Position numbers and translations under genes: made by a program. Below are positions 43,625 through 48,823 of a DNA stretch of 48,823 bases, one piece after another. The notes under the pieces are model-generated. The model was not told the origin of the DNA and did not search any database. It worked only from the letters and a program-made list of their open reading frames with translations. Each line of letters starts with the position of its first letter. Within the stretch, counting starts at the first letter, position 1. Source of the DNA: an uncultured Acidimicrobiales bacterium (GTDB taxonomy: Bacteria; Actinomycetota; Acidimicrobiia; Acidimicrobiales; SHLQ01); assembly GCA_964445255.1 (NCBI GenBank), contig CAYUKM010000002.1:1-48823 (forward strand). The letters are read 5' to 3'.

Positions 43625-45025
43625 CTACTTGTCTGAGTCACACCTAGCACCAGCGGCGTAGGGTGCGACTCGGTCAGCCTCGTCCGGTCCCCACGTTCCG
43701 GCCGCGTATGGCAACGGTGCCGCGGTCGACTCGATCAATGGCTCAATGATTCGCCACGCTGCTTCCACGCCGTCCTGTCGTGCGAAGAGGCGCTCATCAC
43801 CAATGAGACCATCGGCGATCAACCGCTCATAGGCATCGGGGCTACCGCCGCCCAGCGCAGCCTCGTAATCAACGCTCAGATCAACGGGGTTACTCACCAT
43901 CTCCAAGCCCGGCACCTTGGCCTGCATGGTCATCGTGATGTTGTCGTCAGGCTTCATCTCGAACCTCAAGCGGTTGGGCTCAGGACACATCCCGACCTCT
44001 GAAAAGAGCATCCGCGGTGGCTGCTTGAACTCGATAATGGCCTCGGTCACCGTCTCCTTCAACGCCTTGCCAGCGCGAATGTAAAACGGCACACCTTCCC
44101 AACGCCACGACTCGATCTCGAGGGTGAGCGCAACGAAGGTTTCGGTGATCGAACCTTCAGCAACACCCTTCTCGTCAAGGTAGCCCTCGACCTGGCCGCG
44201 AACGGCCTTTTCGGGGTCGAGTCGTTTCATTGCCTTGAGGACCTTCACCTTCTCGTCGCGAAGCGACTTCTGGTCGTTGCTTGCAGGCGGTTCCATCGCG
44301 AGCAAAGCAACCATCTGCAAGAGATGGTTCTGCACGACATCGCGAATCGCGCCGACCTCGTCGTAGAACGAACCACGCCCTTCGATGCCAAACGACTCTG
44401 CCATCGTGATCGTGACCGAAGAAATGTGGTTGCGATTCCAAATCGGCTCGAGCATCGAGTTGGCAAAGCGGAACACAAGCAAGTTCTGGACCGGCTCTTT
44501 GCCCAAGAAATGATCGATGCGGAAAACCTGCTCTTCCTTGAGGTATTTCGACAAGGTGTCGTTGAGTTCAATCGCGCTCGCGAGATCACGCCCGAAGGGC
44601 TTTTCCACGATGACCCGGCCACTGTCGGTCATACCAACGCTGGAAAGCCCCTTGACCACATCGTCAAACAAGAACGGTGGGATCGACAAGAACGAGAGCG
44701 GTAGTTTCGCTCCCCCGGTTAGTTCCTTCACGAGAGGCCACGTGGCCTCGTTGGTGTAGTCACCGGCCACGTAGCGAATGCGCGACGCCATCGCGGCAAG
44801 GACATCCTCGTCAACCTCGTGATGAAATGCCGTGCGCACTGATTCGCGCGCACGGTCCCGCATCTGCTCGTCGTTCCAATCCGAACGCGCGATCCCAACG
44901 ATCGGCATGTCAAGCAGGCCCTCCTTCGACAGCTGATAGAGCGCTGGCCAAAGCTTCTTCTTTGCCAGATCTCCCGTTGCCCCGAAAAGGAGGAGCGCAT
45001 CGGCTGACGCCGTTGCATCTCTCAT
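43625..45025 (-). CDS. zwf: Glucose-6-phosphate 1-dehydrogenase
   Basis: 466 aa, with LLLFGATGDLAKKKLWPALY, the active-site motif RIDHFLGKE, and EKPFG. Confidence 0.95.
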   Translation of the reverse strand: MRDATASADALLLFGATGDLAKKKLWPALYQLSKEGLLDMPIVGIARSDWNDEQMRDRARESVRTAFHHEVDEDVLAAMASRIRYVAGDYTNEATWPLVKELTGGAKLPLSFLSIPPFLFDDVVKGLSSVGMTDSGRVIVEKPFGRDLASAIELNDTLSKYLKEEQVFRIDHFLGKEPVQNLLVFRFANSMLEPIWNRNHISSVTITMAESFGIEGRGSFYDEVGAIRDVVQNHLLQMVALLAMEPPASNDQKSLRDEKVKVLKAMKRLDPEKAVRGQVEGYLDEKGVAEGSITETFVALTLEIESWRWEGVPFYIRAGKALKETVTEAIIEFKQPPRMLFSEVGMCPEPNRLRFEMKPDDNITMTMQAKVPGLEMVSNPVDLSVDYEAALGGGSPDAYERLIADGLIGDERLFARQDGVEAAWRIIEPLIESTAAPLPYAAGTWGPDEADRVAPYAAGARCDSDK

Positions 45026-46041
45026 TCGTCGTCCTTCTTCTCATGGTGACCGCCGAACTCTTTGCGCTGCGCGGAGACGATCTTGTTCGTGAAGTCCGCG
45101 TTGCCACGCGAGGAGAATCGGTCGGAAAGCGACGAGGTGATCGTTCCGGCAGGAACGCCGAGTTCGATCGCGGCCTGCACGGTCCAACGACCTTCACCCG
45201 AGTCACTCACTCGGCCCGCGAACGCGTCGAGGTTGGGATCTACAGCTAGCGCATGCGCGGTGAGGTCGACCAGCCATGAGCTGATGACCGAGCCCCGTCG
45301 CCACACCTCGGCGATAGCCGGAATGTCCATGTCGTACTGGTAGTACTCGGGGTTTCGCAGCGGGGTGGTCTCGGCGTCAGCTTGGCGCACTTCGGTGCCA
45401 GCGTCGGCGGCTTCGAGAATGCCAAGGCCCTCGGCGACCGCGGCCATCATGCCGTACTCAATACCGTTGTGCACCATCTTGACGAAGTGTCCTGCGCCGT
45501 TCGGTCCGCAACGAAGCCATCCCTTTTCGCCTGGACGAATCGGGCCGTCATCGTCGAGCGTACGCTCGGCGGAGTCGATACCTGGAGCGATCGTGTCGAG
45601 CAGTGGCTCGAGGTGCGCAACGATGTCCTCTTCACCGCCGACCATGAGCGAGAATCCGCGCTCGAGGCCGTACACGCCACCACTGGTGCCGATGTCGACG
45701 TAGTGGATGCCCTTCTCTTTGAGCTCCGCTGCCTTGTCGACGTCGTCCTGCCACATCGAGTTGCCACCATCGATAATGATGTCGCCTGACTCGAACACAT
45801 CGGCGACCTTGTCAACCGTTGCGCCAGTGAACGCGGCGGGCACCATGACCCACGCGACTCGCGGTGTGCTTAGCGCAGCCGCGAAATCTTCGAGGGTATG
45901 GGCGCCAACAGCGCCTTCTTTCGCTATCTCATCAACCGGTTCCGTGTTGACGTCATAGGCGACAGCTTCGTGGCCATCGCGCATTGCTCGACGAACGAGG
46001 CCTGCCCCCATACGTCCGATTCCTACCATTCCAAACTGCAT
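45022..46041 (-). CDS. gnd: 6-phosphogluconate dehydrogenase (decarboxylating), short GndA/YqeC-like form
   Basis: 339 aa. Rossmann motif MQFGMVGIGRMGAGL, plus GGNSMWQDD and GAGHFVKMVHNGIEYG. The stop overlaps the zwf ATG (ATGA). Confidence 0.92.
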   Translation of the reverse strand: MQFGMVGIGRMGAGLVRRAMRDGHEAVAYDVNTEPVDEIAKEGAVGAHTLEDFAAALSTPRVAWVMVPAAFTGATVDKVADVFESGDIIIDGGNSMWQDDVDKAAELKEKGIHYVDIGTSGGVYGLERGFSLMVGGEEDIVAHLEPLLDTIAPGIDSAERTLDDDGPIRPGEKGWLRCGPNGAGHFVKMVHNGIEYGMMAAVAEGLGILEAADAGTEVRQADAETTPLRNPEYYQYDMDIPAIAEVWRRGSVISSWLVDLTAHALAVDPNLDAFAGRVSDSGEGRWTVQAAIELGVPAGTITSSLSDRFSSRGNADFTNKIVSAQRKEFGGHHEKKDDE

Positions 46042-46115
46042 ATCGACCTTTCAATTAGTTCCGGCTGTCGATGACCGGTGTACTTTCATTCCACTGTGGC
46101 ATTCCATAATGGACC

Positions 46116-46127
46116 GAAAGTACTTTC
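46116..46127. promoter_or_regulatory. 12-bp perfect palindrome GAAAGTACTTTC in the gnd/prmA divergent promoter region
   Basis: Seen directly. A half-site GTACTTTCA is repeated at 46080-46088, 40 nt upstream. Confidence 0.35.
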
Positions 46128-46186
46128 ACCCCATCATTGCCCCGAGACAATTCACTCGGTGAGTATTTCTAAAGAATTGATTTCTA

Positions 46187-47065
46187 GTGGATGATGAGAC
46201 GGCGGTAGTTGTCGACCTTGTTGGGTCCGACGAAACCCCGTCGTCGATCGCTTTTGACGTTCTGTCGCTCGCCCTCTTCGAACATGGAGCTACCGCAGTA
46301 ACCCAGACCCCGGACGGTTCCCTTCTGGCTGGTTTTGTCAATCGAGACGCGGCCGAGGCTGCGATGTCCGCGACTCAGGCTGACTATCCCAGGCTCATGA
46401 CCAGCATCGGCATAGCTGAAGGCGCTCAGCACGACTGGGCGGCCAGCCAACGCGGCGGCTTTACCCCTACCCGTGTTGGCAGGTGGCACATTCGAACTCC
46501 GTGGACCACCCCACCCGAAGATGTCGACCCGCTCTTCGACATCCAGATCGATCCCGGTGAAGCCTTTGGCCACGGAGCACACCCAACGACAAAGTTGGCC
46601 CTGCAACTCATGGACCCGCACCTCGCTCAAGCGATGACGATGGTCGACATCGGAACCGGTACCGGGGTCCTCGCAATCATCGCGGCTCGAGCCGGCGTCA
46701 GGGCCCGAGCCATCGACAACAGCCCGGCCGCAATCGAGGCGGCCCAGCACAACGTGGCACTCAACAGCGTTGGACAATTCACGTCGACGGCCGACCGCAT
46801 CGACCTCGGTCTGGCCGACATAAATGAGCTCGACATGCACGATCCCGACCTGATCGTCGCCAACGTGACCATCGATGTACAAGAGATCCTCGCCCCTCGG
46901 CTGCAAAAGGCTCGAAGGGTCATCGCATCGGGGGTGTTGGGCAGCCAACTCAGTAGACTCCGCGACCTGTACCCGGCTCACTTCGCAAACACCACTGGTT
47001 CTGTTGGAGAATGGTCGGCGGCGGAGTTCTTACCCGATTTAGATGTCCAACCGAGGGGTACCTAG
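46187..47065 (+). CDS. prmA: Ribosomal protein L11 methyltransferase
   Basis: 292 aa with a GTG start. Motifs are IDPGEAFGHGAHPTTKLAL and the SAM motif VDIGTGTGVLAIIAARAG. Confidence 0.87.
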   Translation: MDDETAVVVDLVGSDETPSSIAFDVLSLALFEHGATAVTQTPDGSLLAGFVNRDAAEAAMSATQADYPRLMTSIGIAEGAQHDWAASQRGGFTPTRVGRWHIRTPWTTPPEDVDPLFDIQIDPGEAFGHGAHPTTKLALQLMDPHLAQAMTMVDIGTGTGVLAIIAARAGVRARAIDNSPAAIEAAQHNVALNSVGQFTSTADRIDLGLADINELDMHDPDLIVANVTIDVQEILAPRLQKARRVIASGVLGSQLSRLRDLYPAHFANTTGSVGEWSAAEFLPDLDVQPRGT

Positions 47066-47068
47066 GAC

Positions 47069-48010
47069 ATGAACAAGCGTCAACACAACGAGGACTACTA
47101 CCCCGTCCGCTGGAAGGCAGCCGACGCGGTAGAAGACATGTTTGTGCTGCACCGCAACACCGTTATTGGTGCGCTCGCCCTGCTCGGCCTCGTGGCTATC
47201 TTCCTTGGGCTGTTGCTCTTCGACGCCGGTGACGACCCCACGACCACAGCGACCGCAGCATCGAGTACGACCGTCGCTGAGCCAACTGCAGCCGATGACG
47301 GCGAGGGCGAAGATGAACTCGCCAATGCCGACGGAGACGCAGACGCGGACGAGACGACGACCACAACCACCACGTCGACCACGACCACCAGTGCGGCTCC
47401 TGAGACGACCACAACCACAACAACCACAACAACTACCACCACGACCACCACGACCACCACGATCTCTCCACGTGCCGTTACCGACGTAGCCGAAATTGCG
47501 AGCACGCAGAACGGCCGCCTAATCCGACTGACAGACACCGCCGCGCAACTCATCGGGGGTGTCCCGACCGATATCGCAGCCGATGCAGCCCTCGCTGTCG
47601 CAACCGAGACCTTCCCAGGCCTCACCATCGAGGATCTACAAAAGGTCGATCCCGCATTTGAGGACGGCCCAGTGACGTTCCGCATCGATGCCCCAGACCT
47701 CTTCGACTACAACAGCGACGATCTAAATTCGATCTACCTTCCGGTCATCGATCAACTCGCTGCGACGCTCATCGCCCAAGAGTGGTCAGTAGAAGTAGGC
47801 GGGCACACCGACTCCGCCGGCTCCGAGGCTGGAAATCAGACGCTGAGCGAAGAACGGGCAGCCAGCGCCTCTGCACGCCTACAAGCACAAGGGGTCGACC
47901 CCGCAAGCATCACCACTGTCGGATTCGGCGAGGCACAACCCATCGCAGACAACGCGACCGAAACGGGACGCCTCCTCAACCGCCGTGTGGAGTTCGTCGT
48001 TATGCCGTAG
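47069..48010 (+). CDS. OmpA-family peptidoglycan-associated protein with TM anchor and poly-Thr linker
   Basis: 313 aa with TM VIGALALLGLVAIFLGLLLF. OmpA_C motifs are GHTDSAGSEAGNQTLSEERAASA and LNRRVEFVV. It starts 3 nt after prmA. Confidence 0.88.
   Translation: MNKRQHNEDYYPVRWKAADAVEDMFVLHRNTVIGALALLGLVAIFLGLLLFDAGDDPTTTATAASSTTVAEPTAADDGEGEDELANADGDADADETTTTTTTSTTTTSAAPETTTTTTTTTTTTTTTTTTTISPRAVTDVAEIASTQNGRLIRLTDTAAQLIGGVPTDIAADAALAVATETFPGLTIEDLQKVDPAFEDGPVTFRIDAPDLFDYNSDDLNSIYLPVIDQLAATLIAQEWSVEVGGHTDSAGSEAGNQTLSEERAASASARLQAQGVDPASITTVGFGEAQPIADNATETGRLLNRRVEFVVMP
47351..47463 (+). repeat. Poly-Thr (ACC/ACA/ACG) low-complexity coding tracts
   Basis: ETTTTTTTSTTTTS and ETTTTTTTTTTTTTTTTTTTI. 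The antisense poly-Val ORF 47098..47685 is a shadow. Confidence 0.85.
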
Positions 48011-48823
48011 AGCGTTCGCTCCACCAGGCATCGAGACGAGACTCAAGCTCGCTACGTTCGAGCGTTCCCTCGGACCGCTTCACCTCTAGCAACATCTTGA
48101 CGGCTTCACCGACCGCAGGACCGGGCTCGATGCCGAGGTAGTCCATCACGGCTTTGCCGTCCATGTCAGGCCGCTCGGCTGCGATTCGATCCGCTTCTGC
48201 GAGTTCGCCGATCCGCTCTTCGAGTTCGTCCATGGCCCGCTGGATGCCCTCGAACTTCTTGGCGTTGCGAGTAGTGCAATCACAGCGGATGAGGTGGTTG
48301 AGCTGGCCAAGCAACGGACCCGCTTCTCGGGCGTACCGACGCACGGCCGAATCGGACCACCCGTCGGTGTACCCCTTGAAACGGCCGGACATGCGAACCA
48401 ACTCGGTCACATCTTCGACGACGTCCTCGTCGAATTGCAGCTTGGTCAGCCGCTTACGCGTCATCCGTGCACCGACCGCCTCGTGATGGCGAAAGGTCAC
48501 GCCGCCGTCATCAATCTTGCGGGTGCGCGGCTTGCCGACGTCGTGAAACAGCGCGGCCAAACGTACACGTAGCTCCGGGCGAGTGTTAGCGGTGACCGCA
48601 ACGGTGTGTGCGAGCACGTCCTTGTGGCGATGAATCGGGTCCTGCTCCATCCGCAGTAATGGAAGCTCAGGCGCGATGTCGTTCATACGCCCGCTGTCGA
48701 AGATCGTCCACAACGATTCGGTCGGATCTTCTGGCATCAGCGCGTCGACAAGCTCGTTTGCTTCAGGAGTAGCAGCCACGGCAAGGAAGGATAGCGACGA
48801 CCAATTACTCTTCTCCATAGTGA
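48000..48823 (-). CDS. cca: CCA-adding enzyme / poly(A) polymerase-family tRNA nucleotidyltransferase, C-terminal part (5' end outside the window)
   Basis: The frame is open to the window edge. HD-domain motifs are HRHKDVLAHTVAV, FHDVGKPRTR and TFRHHEAVGARM. It overlaps the convergent OmpA-family gene by 11 nt. Confidence 0.82.
   Translation of the reverse strand, partial: TMEKSNWSSLSFLAVAATPEANELVDALMPEDPTESLWTIFDSGRMNDIAPELPLLRMEQDPIHRHKDVLAHTVAVTANTRPELRVRLAALFHDVGKPRTRKIDDGGVTFRHHEAVGARMTRKRLTKLQFDEDVVEDVTELVRMSGRFKGYTDGWSDSAVRRYAREAGPLLGQLNHLIRCDCTTRNAKKFEGIQRAMDELEERIGELAEADRIAAERPDMDGKAVMDYLGIEPGPAVGEAVKMLLEVKRSEGTLERSELESRLDAWWSERSTA

Noticed and set aside
47098-47685. 195-aa minus-strand ORF with a poly-Val run
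   Set aside because: It is the antisense shadow of the poly-Thr tract of the OmpA-family gene, which has a TM segment and clear OmpA_C motifs.

Overview
This is a 48.8-kb high-GC bacterial chromosomal segment. It is most consistent with Actinomycetota, because it carries mycothiol-type DinB/MDMPI paralogs, a PPOX/F420-type protein, a Stealth/CpsY-like enzyme, and a MacB module with peptidoglycan-binding adaptors. Any finer taxonomic placement would be a guess. I can support 40 protein-coding genes (two cut by the window edges), 3 probable gene remnants, several intrinsic terminators, and several inverted repeats. I saw no rRNA, tRNA, CRISPR array, integrase, transposase or intact mobile element.

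Gene content, left to right:
- a secreted spondin_N/ricin/beta-propeller protein (partial);
- a form-II coxSLM Mo-hydroxylase operon with its own terminator;
- an exact 820-bp tandem duplication of a DinB/MDMPI gene, coupled to a class-V PLP enzyme;
- a 4xCBM-like + PQQ sugar dehydrogenase exoprotein;
- a Stealth phosphotransferase;
- an MsbA-type ABC exporter;
- a MetE-like protein and a VOC protein;
- an HSP90-family ATPase translationally coupled to an unknown helical protein;
- an RTX/Excalibur exoprotein;
- a rhodanese;
- a lytic-transglycosylase/VanY fusion;
- two tandem paralogous secreted proteins of unknown family;
- ppnP and a GH10-CBM13 xylanase;
- DUF2786;
- a 5-gene lipoprotein/MacAB-like module with two PG-binding adaptors;
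- an approximately 39% GC gene-less patch;
- gnd-zwf-pgl without opcA;
- prmA, an OmpA-family gene, and cca (partial).

The best candidates for something undescribed are:
1. the HSP90-paralog + coupled partner pair (20018-22905);
2. the tandem secreted paralogs with conserved Cys/His motifs, followed by a wall hydrolase (27088-31569);
3. the dual-adaptor MacB module (36794-42019);
4. the AT-rich patch plus the hairpin-gated orphan gene at the end of the pentose-phosphate operon (42020-42907).

None of these can be proven from sequence alone. All family assignments come from motif recognition by eye, not from searches.
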